A DNA stretch of 64,000 nt, taken from assembly GCA_030248215.1 (NCBI GenBank), contig JASANG010003711.1, positions 434,001 through 498,000 on the forward strand, written 5' to 3'. Below the pieces are notes generated by a model, which did not search any database, had not been told where the DNA came from, and saw nothing but the letters and a program-made list of their open reading frames with translations. Numbering within the stretch: position 1 is the first letter of the stretch; every line of letters begins with the position of its first letter. Positions 1-16,692 of this stretch are shown here, one piece after another. Made by a program: the position numbers and the translations under genes. Source of the stretch: Enoplolaimus lenunculus. Taxonomy: Eukaryota.

Positions 1-1174
1 GCATTGAGAATATCGGCCCGACTAATGTCTATTTTAATAATGTCGGAATGTAGGAAAAATGATACAATTAAAAACAAAAAATACGAGAAAAGTTAAGTGT
101 GACGCAATCAAGAGTCAAATGAAATGAAGAGTAAAAACTCGCGTGCGATAAGCCAGGTGCAATTGCAGCATGCATAACAGCTATGCAAATTTTTATTTGT
201 TTGGTTCCGATGGGGAATACGATTCCTAGATTGACGGTGTAAACCTGACCTAGAACGTGAAAAGTAAGATTTGAAGTACACGAATACACACAGCCCAGTT
301 TGGAACTGAACAGACTGGTGTAAAGGACCTATGAAACAAAGACAGCCATCCAGTTGAATGCTAATACGACCTATAATATAAGAGGGCACCGAAGCTGCGA
401 AGATTTTTTGATTTACGATTATTGTTCATATCATATAGCCCTTTAGCTCGAATCCAGCCTGATGGGCGGTATGAAGATGGTTATAGCGGCTTCTATAGAG
501 TAGTTTAAAAAAACTCACTACCGAAGCAAACGAAAAGCCAGCGTATTTTCTGCAGTAAATGTTTTACATTACAATACAAAACGTTAGTTTTGGCGAACGG
601 TTAAAAGTGTCAGCGACACCGTTTATTTTGGCACGGCTGTCCAATTACACATCTGACGACCCTGTAACCGCGTACTTGGCCAGAAATCGGTAGGCAAAAC
701 AGTTGCAATATAAAAGACTGCAATTAGGTCGTTACGGGCGGTGAAAATTTTTTCCAGCAGCGAAAACAACGCTTCACTTGTGGCAGTCTTATTTAACATA
801 AGCTAAAATAAAATCGAGACGAACACATTACGTTTTAAATTTAATTAAAAAAGTTAAAGAACTAATGTGTAAAATTTTGAAACCTCCACCTATTGTGTCA
901 CTAGTAGAAATATTACGTGAATCTTTGCTTTTTGTTGACAATTGGCAATTACCAAATATAAAATAATAGCTAAGCTACAGAGACGTGTGTCAAAGTCGAC
1001 TCATAACTTAGTCAATTTTGGAGTTAAGTCAAAAAACAGACTTAAGTTAGAAAACCGAAATTGAAATCCGTTGCAGGCATCTACTGAAAGTTTTTTAGCC
1101 CCTCCCCTAGCGAAACGAGTTGGCTACGGGCTTGTGTTTAAATAAATTACTTGTTACAAAATACTTCGTCTCAC

Positions 1175-3961
<2,787 letters not shown>

Positions 3962-4542
3962 TTTTTTCGAATTACGCAAAATTGATAGTGAATTTCATTA
4001 ATATTTCAAAGTTTTACCACACCAGGTTTTGTTTGTTAAAGTTAAGATTTAAATTATTTCACGAATGGCGCTGCGTAACCCAGTTTATTTTTAAATTTGA
4101 ACATTTGTCATTCAGAGCAAAAATTAGAAAGATACGCATATAAACGCTTCACTTTTTAAACTTGGAAGGAATAATTTCGTTCAACCAAACGGATATTTAA
4201 TAATTCTAATATGACGATATTTAGACTGGCCATCGTTGTTATTTGTTGCCAGTAATTACAGTTCACATTTAAATATTAATGTTATACGCAAAAAAAAAGA
4301 TTGTGATCGTTAATTATGATATATAAGCAAATATGTGCAATTCTGTTCATTCTACGAGATGGTAAAAACCAACAAATTAGACAATATTACAAACTTTTAA
4401 ATGTGAATGAACGAATTAGCCGGACACAAATAAGATATAAATGCAGATTCAACAAGTTTACATGAAATATTATTTACTGCCGATACGGCTTAGTTAATCA
4501 TATAACCACGCACTTAAAGTTAAATGTTTAACTTGCATTATT

Positions 4543-4560
4543 CTGAAACAAAAAAAAATT
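4543..4560 (-). promoter_or_regulatory. Candidate splice acceptor for the large ataxin-1-like exon
   Basis: Minus strand reads TTTTTTTTTGTTTCAG|AAT, a strong pyrimidine tract plus TTTCAG about 580 nt upstream of the ATG at 3961. Confidence 0.45.
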
Positions 4561-6011
4561 GAACTCAAGTTGAAACATTCATGGATCCTATAGCAACAAA
4601 GAGTATTACAATTCGGCATTTGTGTTACTGTCCCTGCACAAATTATTTCCTCTTTAGGGTGGTGGTATAATTGTAGTCGAGGACGGTTATAAATGGGGCC
4701 GAGAGATTAAAAATTTTGAAAAGTATAGCACCACTCATACTGTTAAATGACTTGTGTAATAGAATAGCCATGAACTTGGAAACAGAGACGGACGTGGGGC
4801 GTGTGGACCTGTACGGCCCCTTGGGGTGCGGCGAAGCGGGGTGAAGTGACTGCCCCAAAGAACAGACCGCCAAATATGGGGGGAAACGGGAACAAAATCA
4901 AAATATGAGTTTCTCACGGTTTTGACATTTTTTTATTTCGAAAGTAAAATCTGTACTCAATAGAGGTAAAAGTGGCGAGAAGATAGAATAATTGTATTAA
5001 AATATGGAAATAAACATAAAAATCGCTGAAATGCAGTGCTATAATTATTCCATTATTATATATAACTATGCTAGTTTCATAACAGTGGTTTGTGGGAGGC
5101 CCACGCCATCTATTTTCCATATTGCATTTTGCCAGGGAAATTTCGACATTTAAAAATTTATTAAAATTCTGTACAAAAGCCGTACGTGGAATTTTGTTGC
5201 AAGAAGTAGAATTCCGCCGAATCAATAGTGATTGCGTAAAGAACTACGTCTACACTGCAAAAAACGCTGAGTCAAATTAACTCTCTCCGAAATAGGCTTT
5301 TCCTGACTACACAAACTGAGTCAAAATTCCAATCCGCCGGAGTCAAATTCGGCACGTTGTTTTAAAAAGTGTGTGAACATACCGAAATATAAAAAATAGA
5401 TAATTAATAGTGTTTAATCGTGCGCACTGCAGACGATGAGAATATTGTGTTTCGAGTTGTAGCTTTTCTCGGCTTTTTATAACTTTTCAAACCGATTCAT
5501 GAACTGCAAAATTACTGTGAAGGGCTCTATATGGTACAGCTTAAACTTAGAATTTAGATTTTAAAACTAAAACGAAACATTTACAAGGAATTACTAGTGC
5601 ATTAAAATTCTCCAGCACCCTAAATTACATTAATCCACTATTTCCGCCACCTCTTATAACGTTTCAAGATTAATTTTTGCGACCGCAATCGACACACAAA
5701 GACTAAGTTTGTGTTTTATATCAAATCACGGTATATATAATAGATAATATATATACATATATACATATATATATATATTCGTAGATTTTAATGAAATGAA
5801 CCCGTTCTAGCATTTATTTTGAATGATATCTGTGGCCTCATTAAAATTCAAGCAATCAATCCACAATAGACAATTCGTTTTCAAAATAACACACAACACC
5901 ACACAATTAATTCGCTCAAAAAATTTTGTACGAAAGCTCGTCTCAAACTTGAATTTCATAAAAGTATGCTATACACTGTCTCGTATTATTCAGGTTTGTT
6001 AGCTGTTACGA

Positions 6012-6185
6012 CTAATGTATGGAACACGGCCGTAACAGTAGCATGAGCATATTGCTAAGCCTAAACCAAAGCGTATGAATGAGCTTATCTCTAAGCCTAA
6101 GGTTAAGCAACAAAATTAGCGTAAAGCTTAAGATTACTTTATTGTAGTCCGACAGAAAATGTCCGACTCCTTTTCTTTACATGGG
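6012..6185. mobile_element. MITE-like element with internal degenerate (CCTAAG)n hexamers
   Basis: Homologous along its length to 30832-31024, with termini aatgta.../...ctttacatgg and internal taagcctaa repeats. Confidence 0.55.
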
Positions 6186-7443
6186 TTGCTATTTACCCTC
6201 CTTAAAATTAACTTTTTTAATAAGTATTTCAACATCTTCTTTTACTATTTAGAACAACTACAGATACAATTTCCAATTCTTCAAGTAACACCGAGACAGT
6301 ACTACATTTTACATCACATCGTTGCGAAAAATTTTCCATGCCGTTCAAATTTCTGCGACAGACGTAAGCCCGGTTCTGACGGAGTTCAGGCCCTCCCTGT
6401 ATCTCTGGTCCTTGACGTCTCTGTAAGTCATTTACAACTATCAGCGATTATAAATCATGTAAACCAACATAAGGTGTTTAAATTGCTAACGTGACCAAAT
6501 TTTCTAAAGAATAGTTTTAAAGCAATACTATTTAAGTATTCTAGATTCGACATTACCATTGTTACTTCTGGCCAAATTCTGAAATCTATTTGAAATTATG
6601 CCAATTTGGCACTAAACTTGAGCCAAACAATGCAGTGTTGTAAGTTACATTCGGTACCCTACTCTTAGAAACAAAGTAATCCTGGCAAAGTTCCATCGAC
6701 ACATCCACAAATTGCGTTCGCAACGCAAGAATTACAGTAAACAAACACAATTAAGTATAACCAGTACTTGGCAAAGGTCGCGGCTCAGAGATCTGTTGAC
6801 CAAAATGAACCTATGAAAGCTGTAATTGGCTAATCTATTTGACCAAAAAGGTTACATAATCGCTGCTAAGTTTCGATTGGTTAAAAATAATGACGCGTGT
6901 TTTCGAACGCAGTTAGTATTGGTTACTGAGTTGCTAAATGTTTCAAAAGCGGCGACTATGGTCAAAAAGGTTAAACTAAATATATTGTTTATGTTATTAT
7001 ACTAATGTTGAGCATTGAAATGAACTTAAAAATAGCAAAAAGCCCAATATGAAAATAAAATCAGCGTTTACCTCAAATGTAGGACATTTCGGGTCTACCA
7101 AACATAGGAACATAAACTGGAATGAAATCTGTGGTTCGAAAATTGAACAACAGAACGATTTATGTATAAATTGTACAAAAAGTTTCATTTGGCTGACCGT
7201 AGAGAAAATTGCATAACCGTTGCACCTGAGGGGGAAGATTGTCAATCACACACACGGATCCTGAAATTTCTGACGGCGGGGGTAGGGTTGACAAATGTTA
7301 TGATACGCAATTTTTACTTTATGCTATATCTGTCATTGGCAGCGAAGAATTGTAAAGTTTTGCTTACCATTTTACCCCCGAAAAATTTTCTTGATTAAAA
7401 AATTGTAACGCAGGGAGCATTTTTATTGCTCCTCTGCTACTTA

Positions 7444-7720
7444 AGCCGTATGCACACGTGCAAGGTTTTGCTGCGGGAACTTGCAGCTGCATTTTGCACT
7501 TACAAGTTTTATCGAAAATCCTGTTCGAAAAACTGCAGCTGCAAACAATTCATTAAAAGTTGTAGCTAGGAGTTTAGTTCGCATGTGTGAACAACGATGC
7601 AAGTTCACAGAATTTATTGCAGCCGTTTTCTCAGTGGCTGATGAAAAAAATGCACGTTCTGCGTGCAATTTGCAGCTGCAAGTTCTCGCAACAAAAACTT
7701 GCACGTGTGTGAGCAGGGCT
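7444..7720. mobile_element. PIF/Harbinger-like MITE
   Basis: About 47-bp imperfect TIRs (agccgtatgcacacgtgcaag...tgcagctgca / tgcagctgcaagtt...cacgtgtgtgagcagggct) with exact TTA duplication at 7441-7443 and 7721-7723. A lone right end recurs at ~16696-16725. Confidence 0.8.
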
Positions 7721-8794
7721 TTATATAAAAAGTCTGAACTTGAGGGGACACAGCCTCAATACTCTGATGCCGGAGAGGAAATTTTTCATTTGTCTGCTGA
7801 AATTTGCTTTTGTGCTATTTATGTATGCAATCTCTTATTTTGAACTGTAGTGCCTGCTGTTAAGGCACTTAAAAAATTTAACCTGCGGCGATATTTTTGT
7901 ATCAACTGTAATCCAAATATTAAAGTAGAAGTCGATCCACAAAGTCTATTTAGGGATCGATACAATTGGGATAGGTGAACCTATTTTTTTCATTGAGGTA
8001 AACACGAAAAAGTATAATTTGTTTTTTAATTTTTTCATTTATTTTCAAAATAAAGCATCCATAACTAATATACTTGATTAGTATTTTTTACATTTCGTAA
8101 AAAATGCGTCTGGCTTTACGCTCACTTCGTTCGCGACAATTCATTCTTACTTCTATCTATCTTGACTCGTCTGATTTTACGCTCCGGTTGTAAAAAGTTA
8201 AAATAAGACCGTATCTTAGGAAACCTCCAGGGATCAGGCTTCCCATCGGACCGACACAAAAACAAAGTCGTTTGTATTTGTAATTATCACTGAAATAGCG
8301 TTTTACTTCTCTCACGTTCCGCTCACAACATTTTGTTAGCCTCACTATAGGATTGCAAGCGACCAGCCGCCATCTGAAATATATTTAGATCCAGTACTGC
8401 CGTTAGCAGGATTAGCTGCGTGTCGTATACTTAATTACATTTTGTTCGGTATATCTATTTACACCGTGTCATGTGTTTTTGACCCCCTCCAATAATAATT
8501 TTCGTTTGAGCGCCACTGCATCTGCCGTTAATCAACTACACTGTAATAGGTCAGTTTATTAGATTTCAAATTTGAAACAAGTCCTATTTCAGAATATTCA
8601 GATATTCAAGTAAAATAATTAGCTGAAAACTAAATACTACCGCGTATTAGCAAAACTTTTATCTCTCCAGAGTGTCTGTTAACCAAATGAACCAGGGCTT
8701 AAACTGACGTTAAAAAGCAAATTGGGGAAACATGTGATTTGAGACATGCTTAATGACACCACTGTGTTTTTGGTATTGAATGTGTCAAAGCGTA

Positions 8795-9263
8795 CTGTAG
8801 TGACCCGAATAAGAGAGGGGGTACTAAGAGGGGGTCCTCATTTTGAGTCCAAATCAATAGGAGTCCGTATCCCTAATAAGAGTCCGTAAGCGGGTAGAGT
8901 CCCTAAACCCTAATTAGAGAGTCCCTAAACCCTAATTAGAGTCTATAAAGGTCAATTATCTCTAACTTTAGCGCATAAATGACTAGAGGACCGAATGAAC
9001 TTAAGTTCGAAACTTTAAAGCGTATTTAAGTTTTGAAAGTAAGTAACATCCCAAAATATAACCTTGCATTATCGCTCAAGGTTTTGATGCAAGGCAAAAA
9101 ACGTTTAATTCAACGGATAGATGCAATAACGGACGTATATCAGTAAGCAAGGGGGGCGGAGGGCTGGTTAAAAATTAATAACAGTCCGTAACCGAGCAAC
9201 AAGGGGTACCCTCTGGAGATGCCAGATAAATATTAGTCCCCCCTCTTATTCGGGTCACTACAG
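8795..9263. mobile_element. TA-flanked MITE family A (Tc1/mariner/pogo-like), copy 1
   Basis: TIR ctgtagtgacccgaataagag / ctcttattcgggtcactacag with TA on both sides. Contains an internal tandem duplication of agagtccctaaaccctaattag. Confidence 0.88.
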
Positions 9264-12200
9264 TATCACGTAAAGTCAACTTAAGATGCGCATACAAAAG
9301 GAGGGATAGACGCGTATATTATATCCCTGCTGAAATTTATGAAACGACAAAAAAGAAACAATTTTAACAATAATTGCAATTATTTTCCGGATGATACAGG
9401 TACATATAAATTTGACTTCAGGTTATACCTTTTCGAACTGAAATCCTGGTTAAGCTTAATGCTTAATAACGCCAAAAAAGTAACTGATACCTTGCTGTAT
9501 AGCTGGTCTGACGGAAGTTATATCGTCAATCGAGATTTTTGTCGGATTCGGTAACAAAACTAAACTCTTTCTATTAATCAGTTTGAAAGAAATAATTGCT
9601 GGCAAATATGCGTGCCTGGGGGCGATGTGTTTCTACCGCAGAAATGTATCGCTACTCCGCAAATGTTGCGATACAAAAGGTTCATTTGAAGCTCACAATG
9701 TGTTTTCTAGCTAAATAGGGGAAAAGATGACGAGGCGGCAACATGAATTAACAAATTTACACTTTCGACGCAATTAGTCAAAAACGGAATCATAGGTTGA
9801 AAGCGAAAATGACCTAACGACCACCGTTGTTGTCATATTTTGAAACGTTTCAAAATTTATCTTCGAATTAACACAAAATAGACACAAAGACTTGCGTTTG
9901 GGGTAAGCAAGTTTGGTTTAACCAAGATCCTTGTGTGAAGATTTTTACTGATTACCTTACATAATGAACGAAAGTACTTTAACACTGTTTTTCGACCGTG
10001 TGAGTCCACGATATAAAGTACGTTTAGCATCCGTGGTCACTTTGCGATTACCCTCTCAAGCACCCCGAGGTTGGCTTAGGTATCAAAACGACCGAAGATG
10101 CTCCTATATTTCGGGTACAGCCATGATGCTGCTGTCACTGTGGCAGTGATGTTATCAAAACTATAAATCCGGTAGAAAATTTTAATAAGAATGCTTTAAA
10201 TTCATACAGTAAAAACAGTTTAGACATAAATTTTTAGGGTTAAAAATGAATTTCAAATCGCATTAAATAGAAATAGGCACAAGGCGGTCCATAGGAATCG
10301 TACGCTCCCCCATCAGACAATTTTTTGTGATAAAATGGTGAGGTCTCTACCTTTTACAATCCCCCTCAGAAAATCGGCACAAATATAGTATATATTATAT
10401 ACACAGTAAAAGTTGCGTTTCTATACTTTCCGCCCCCCCCCCCCCCGCCTCCGTTACAAATTTGTGGATCCACCGCTGCAAGTCGGCAACTTGTTTAAAG
10501 CATTACAAGCACACCTTATTTGTTGTACTAAGTTAGATCAAAATCTTCATGTCATATTAATATATTGGAAAATCTACAATATCTTGCGTACACCAGATAA
10601 CTTTTCAGATGGCTGGGTTGGTGGAGACCAAAGCCAAAAATATTTTAGTTGCTAAAGTCAAAAATGCTTCCTGCCTTGGATAGTGAATCCGAAAAGCTTA
10701 TTAGTTTAGTGGCATTTACTCGCTTACTCAAGGCGGAGCAGCCACCCCCATACCCCATTCGGGTGGGCCCACCCCTAAAGGTGACCTCAAAAATCCGTCT
10801 TGCTTCTCGCTCGTTACGCTCGCGAGTTGGCGGGCCCCTACACTTGAGTTGAAGGGAGTCCCTATCACTGCCTGCTCCGGCACTGCACTCTCCCTTACAT
10901 AAAATTACGGTAACGGCTTAGGCTCATGCTTAAGTTAAGACTTACACATAGGTAAACCTTTCTCTCAACCTGGACGAAGCCTAAGCCTGATCCTAAGCGC
11001 ATGGAGGAAGTGTACAAGATCCAGGGTACTATCTGCTGAATCTGTTTTGACAGCAAGAAACTGAGTTGCCAGCCAATTTTTCCCATAAATCAATTACATT
11101 ATATGGTATGCAGGTAATCTTACAAACAGTTCGCGCGTCATCCAAAGCATAATTTACATTTTTAACTTGAGGGTCCATATTCTCGAATGCATATAGCAAC
11201 TATCACAAGTTAGCAATAAAATAACTTTTGAAACTGACAAACTACTGAAGTTGTAGACCCCAAAATTGGCCCAAAAGCACGATTAATCATCATCATCATC
11301 ATATGCAGGAATTGTGCTAATTCCAAACCCCAATATTCACTGTTTCAACAGCTACCACCAAGATAGGGTCTACACATATTTTCGTCAACGGGCTGAAATT
11401 GTAATAGTATTTACAGTGAATTTCTGTAGTAGAAAACAACTCAGTCAAGCCTCAATTAGCACTAAAAATGTGTTCATATTGTCTTTTATTTGCTGTCTGT
11501 ACAATATTTTTACACCTTAGATATTTGTAGAATGCAAACCAACTTAACACTGATTGATCATATTAATCTGATGAATTGTTTTGACATATTTCGACTAAAA
11601 GTTAATTCAAGCTAAACGCAGCGTAGTTAATGGAAAACTTGTGTCATTTCAAAAGCGTTTGAATATTGCAAATATATATATGCTATTAATAAAAATTTCA
11701 GCTTATAGCCGCTCATAGCCACGTTTCCAACATGGCAAACACGGCCACCGAAAAGAGTCCAGTACTACGGTGTAACCAGATGTTCGTTTCAGTTTTGTGG
11801 TAAAAAAATCGGTGTTCGTTGCCGTTTACGCTATAGAAATGCCAAAGATTCGGTTAGTGTAGCCTCACAATTAGTTAACCAATATAAGTACGTATCTCGC
11901 AACTTTTTATTGCAGGTATGCTGCAATTGTTTGAAATGAAATAAAAACTACGAAATTCAGGCAAATTCTTGAAAATTGCCATGCATTCGCCATTTTTTTA
12001 AATAATGGAAACTCCGGCGAATATTTGCACGCCTCAATTCTGTTGTGAGAAAAATAAAACATCTTTGAAACTTTTTTCACTATCCGTTTCCGTTATTTTT
12101 ACTATCCGATTACACTCTGCACCAGTGCACATTAAAACCGGAACATCAATACCCATGTGAGCCACGATCGATCATGACCAACTCGTTCATAACATTGTCT

Positions 12201-12348
12201 GGATTTTGGCGTTGATTGCATTAGTGATAGTAATGGAATGTCCATGATTCCTCAAAAACAATAAATTTGGACAAATGACCCATGACCCACTGACTAAGTT
12301 CCAACACTGCCTGAAAAACCCAGCCGAGTTACTGGATGCACATTAGAA

Positions 12349-12545
12349 TGGTATCGCGACAATTCGTCGCCGCGCATCTCGTCCCCTGACAACTTGTAAT
12401 CCGAAATTTTATTGACTCGGCAATTCGTTGCCCATCATTATGCTTAAGTTTAGGCTTTTAAGCTAAGGCTTAGGATTAGGCTTAAAATTATACTTACATT
12501 TATTTGTAGGTTTTAGGACGGTCGGGTGTCGAATTGTCGCAGATT
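12349..12545. mobile_element. MITE-like element with cgacaattcg/cgaattgtcg ends and internal TTAGGC-type hexamers
   Basis: Inverted subterminal motifs; similar to 50542-50778. Confidence 0.5.
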
Positions 12546-13545
12546 GCATAAATATTACACAACACCAAGCAGAGTTTAGTTTCATAAATTAACAATCATA
12601 TACCTTGCAAATGTGTCCCAAGCAACCCCACCTATATTTAATAATTTAGTAAAATGTTGAGGTTCGCGTATTAATCATAGACGCTTAATTGTAATTCGAA
12701 ACTTTTCAAAACGAACGAACGCATGTATGTGACAACATTTTACCCGTCTAAGCCCTAAACCACTTGTGACGGTGAGACAAAAACTAACCTGGCAAACTTG
12801 GTCAAACTTATACAGTATAATCGTTATTTTAAGTAACGCTCCGTTCAAACAATACTAATAAAAATGCTGCAAGAATATACCATTTCACAAAACATTTTTT
12901 TGTCAACGAAAACAATAGCTTGCTTGTAAATTTTTAAGCTGTTTTGCGGCACGTACTCTTTATAAATTCTTGTATAAACTTTCAGATCAAATAAGTATTT
13001 GACCCAATACATTCTTACGCAATACAAAACGAGTTTTAATTCAGCTACAAAACAAATTTATCTGACCCCAATATCCGGTATAAACCTTAAACCGGATACC
13101 GGTTTGTGGTTGTGATCCTAAATGTCATAAAACAGCTTTTTACACGCGAAAATACAACGCATTAATTTTTATAAATTTACACAAAATAAAGTTGCTGTTT
13201 GATTAACCAAATCTCGTAGCCTAATCACCTGTATGTATATTCAAGACAAACCGCCGTAAAGTTGAAATTTCTGAATGACCTGGTGCGTTCACAGCGTCAA
13301 AACAAATGGGAACACATACTATTAGTTTAATGATCATATCAGCGGCATCAATTACCGCAGTCTATAAATATAAAGCCGTTATGTCACAGTTTTGCATTTT
13401 TCAATCTTTTACATAAAAGATATTTAATTCATAAAATTTACAGTTGATAACTATTGGGCGTTATCAAAGCAGAAGGCTAATTATAATATTTTGATGGTTT
13501 TAAACGCTACTTCGACGAACATAAACCTACGTTTTAGCCGAATTT

Positions 13546-13690
13546 CGGTCCATGTTAGTTTAAGGGGCGTCCAGGTTTTTGGTGGTTCTATAAAAGAGTA
13601 CGATTAGATTCTAGATTACATTTTTTGCTTAGGCTTACGCTTAGGAATACGCTTCATTTACTGTTACGCCTCTCAAAGTTAACATTGGCT
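13546..13690. mobile_element. MITE family with ccaatgttacttt/aaagtaacattgg TIRs and CTTAGG hexamers
   Basis: Collinear with 62595-62769 and 57645-57823 (ggggcgtccaggttt...tagattctagatta...cttagg...ctgttacgcc). Confidence 0.7.
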
Positions 13691-14066
13691 CAAGTTTCTA
13701 TGGGGTTTATTGAAAATTGTGTTAGGTATCATCGTGATTTGCATACACATTCTTCAATTTATCTTTGTTTCGATTCGTGTATGATTGCATCGCGTGAGAT
13801 TAAAATAATCCTGAATACTTGTCTGAATGAAACACACTGTGTACGCCGAGCTGTTCAAATTCCGCACGTTAGCTGTATTTTAAATTTGTTTACTAACTGG
13901 CTCTATCCTAAAATTTTGTGATGTACTTCCAGTTGAAAGTTTCCGCAGACTTCCTGACTGATACAATGTTACTTACTGCATACCTTAAGTGAAGATGGCA
14001 ACTACACTGAATGACTACCAATTATGCAGCAGATAGTAGTAGCAGGTTTTGTTATAATATTTTGCA

Positions 14067-14653
14067 CAGGGTCGTACACAAGTGGCTGATGGTAGATATA
14101 TCCAACTTCGGACAGTCAAAAAAGGAAAAAATAACCGGTATAAGTAAAAAATAATTTTCTCGCCTGCTATGTTCGCTCGCAAAAAGCATTTAGACGTGAT
14201 TATACTGTAGTGACCCGAATAAGAGGGGGGACTAATATTTATTTGGCCTCTCCAGAGGGTACCCCACCCCCTTGTTATTCGCTTACAGACTGTTATTTAT
14301 TTTTAACCCACGCTCCGCCACCCTTCGTTACTGATATATCTCCGGTACTGCAACTATCCGTTGAATTAACCGTTTATTTGTCGTGTGTCAATAGCTTGAG
14401 CGATAATACAAGGTCATACTTAGGAATGTACTTTTAAAATTTAAGCACGCTTTAAAGTTTCGAATTCAAGTTATTTGGTCCTGGAGTCGTTTATGCGCTA
14501 CAATTAGGGTTATTTGATATTTACACACTCTTATTAGGGATACGGACTCCAATTGATTCGGACTCAAAATGGGGACCCCCATCTTATTACGCCTCCCCCT
14601 CTTATTCGGGCAATACAGTACGCTTGCGAAATGAAATCTAGACTACGACTCTA
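14067..14653. mobile_element. hAT-like MITE interrupted by a family A MITE
   Basis: 8-bp TSD attttgca/atttagca. An uninterrupted homolog lies at 53084-53243. Confidence 0.65.
14205..14618. mobile_element. TA-flanked MITE family A, copy 2 (opposite orientation to copy 1)
   Basis: Same TIRs and TA flanks; interior is the reverse complement of copy 1. Confidence 0.88.
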
Positions 14654-15581
14654 ATTTAGCACTCCAATCTGTCAGAGGCGTAGACAAGATTTCATTTCGA
14701 GTGCGTACAACCTATATGCAAACGTATCAATAAAACCTGTTAAAAATATTTGTTTCTTCCGAAATTTTGAATGAAGATATATTTCCAGAACCGCTAAACT
14801 TTGTACGCACCCTTCCCATTCGAGTCGAGCTGCCTCAAACCCTAAAAGTTCAAATTTGACACAAAAATCAGTAAAACACGTCCGGGAAATAGAAAATTAT
14901 CTGTCAAAAATTTGCGTTGAGTTCTTTTTTATTGTATTAAAACACTGTGTAGAAATATGTTTTGCCAGTACAGCTGATTGAACATTGTTTGTCATAACAT
15001 TAACATTTGGCCTATTGTTGTATTCGGTGTAAAAAATAAAAGTATTTATTCTCGCTCGAATGACAACAAATAACGAAATCAGTTCACATCAACCATTTTT
15101 TTAAATATTTTACCATGAGCAAAATTGTACGGGGATGAGTGCTTGCACAATGTTCCCTTTATACAATCTTTGGCGTTCAGCTTAGGCTTGCAGCTGAATA
15201 GGTACATTTCTACGTTACTAGCCAAATATCTAAGTTTAAATCTTTGCGTATTAGTGTTTACTTACGGCATATGTCTGAAGTTTAACCTAAGCCTTAAATT
15301 ATAAATGTGGGTAGAAAGTGTACAACAAAGAGTCTGCGGGCGGCCTAAGACCTTTAAGGCCGTTGGAATAATTTTTGCAACTCTTTAAATTACTTTTTTG
15401 CCAAATTAACATGTAGCCCTTTTTTCGTAGCATCGACGAATTTTCGCCTTTGACTACTACTGATGGAATCAAAGCGTAAAAAAGCCATCTGCGCATCAAA
15501 TGCCAAACAGAAAATGTTACAAAAATTACAAGTGAACCAGAATTACCTAGAATGCTTATGGCACCAAATCCTGGATATAAA

Positions 15582-16008
15582 CTGTAGTGACCCAGATACC
15601 AGCTGGTGGCTATTAAAAGAGGTGTACCAGTTTTGCGTCCCAATCAGTAGGAGTTTGTATTTATAATACGAGTCCGTAAGTGAATAAAGCGCATACGTTC
15701 AAAGTCCATAAAACAGACCATGCAGAAGAATGGCTTAGACTTGTCAAATATGTATCAAAATACTCAGATAACCCACATAAACTATGTTATATTCAGAAAA
15801 TCTTAACAGACATGGCGATCAACAAATATGCTTCCGACCAAGTCTGTTCTGCCCAAAAAAATTAAAAAAAGAACGCTGTTGGATCCCACCGACTCACATG
15901 AGTGTGAATTAAAAAAATATCAGTCCGTAACCAAATAACTATGGATTCCTCTCTGGAGTAACAAAATAAAATATCAACCCCCCCCCCCGGTTATTCGAGT
16001 CAGTACAG
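15582..16008. mobile_element. MITE family A, diverged copy 3
   Basis: Ends ctgtagtgaccca... and ...ttattcgagtcagtacag|ta. Subterminal similarity to copy 1 (cagtccgtaacc, ctctgga) but a different centre. Confidence 0.6.
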
Positions 16009-16267
16009 TACCCTATTATGTAACCTGTTTCAAATCGAAAGCTGTTCTATTGTCCTCAACAGCTAAAAAGACGAGTTAAACATGAATTATTACAATATCT
16101 GCCTACTCTCGTAGTTGATGTGCATCACTGAATAGTAATAGTTATAGTGTACAATTTGTAAGCTGGTTAAAATTTGCTTTTATTCACGCTTCATAGTCAC
16201 TTAAAGGAATTACGCTGCCCATTGCGTTTGTATTTTTTTTGTTCCAAGTTAAAAACAATAAAGTCTA

Positions 16268-16692
16268 CTGTGGTGACCCGAATAAGAGGGGGACTGATAC
16301 TAAATTTGGCCTCTCCAGAGCGTACCCCGCCTGTTATTCGGTTACGGACTGTTAGTTTCAGCCCGCCCTCTTCCGTCCTTCGTTACTGATATATATATCC
16401 GGTATTGCAAAACTATTCGTTGAATTAAACGTTTTTAAAAGCTTGAGCGATAATGCAAGGTTTATACTTTTAAAACTTATGTACGTTTTAAAGATTCGAA
16501 CTCAACTTTATTTGGTCCTGGAGTCATTTTATGCGCTACAATTAGGCATAATTGACATTTATGGACTCTCATTAGAGTTTAGGAAGTCTACACGCTTGCG
16601 GACATTTATTAGGGATACACACTCCTATTGATTAAGACTCAAAATGGGAAGCCCCCGTCTTATTACTCCCCCTCTTATTCGGGTCACTACAG
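16268..16692. mobile_element. TA-flanked MITE family A, copy 4
   Basis: ta|ctgtggtgacccgaataagaggggg ... ccccctcttattcgggtcactacag|ta. Confidence 0.88.

Noticed and set aside
68..389. Minus-strand ORFs as the second AXH exon
   Set aside because: No HPFFV/GWSS-like motif found in them.
5731..5779. (TA)n-rich microsatellites, also ~28718-28768
   Set aside because: Ordinary simple repeats.
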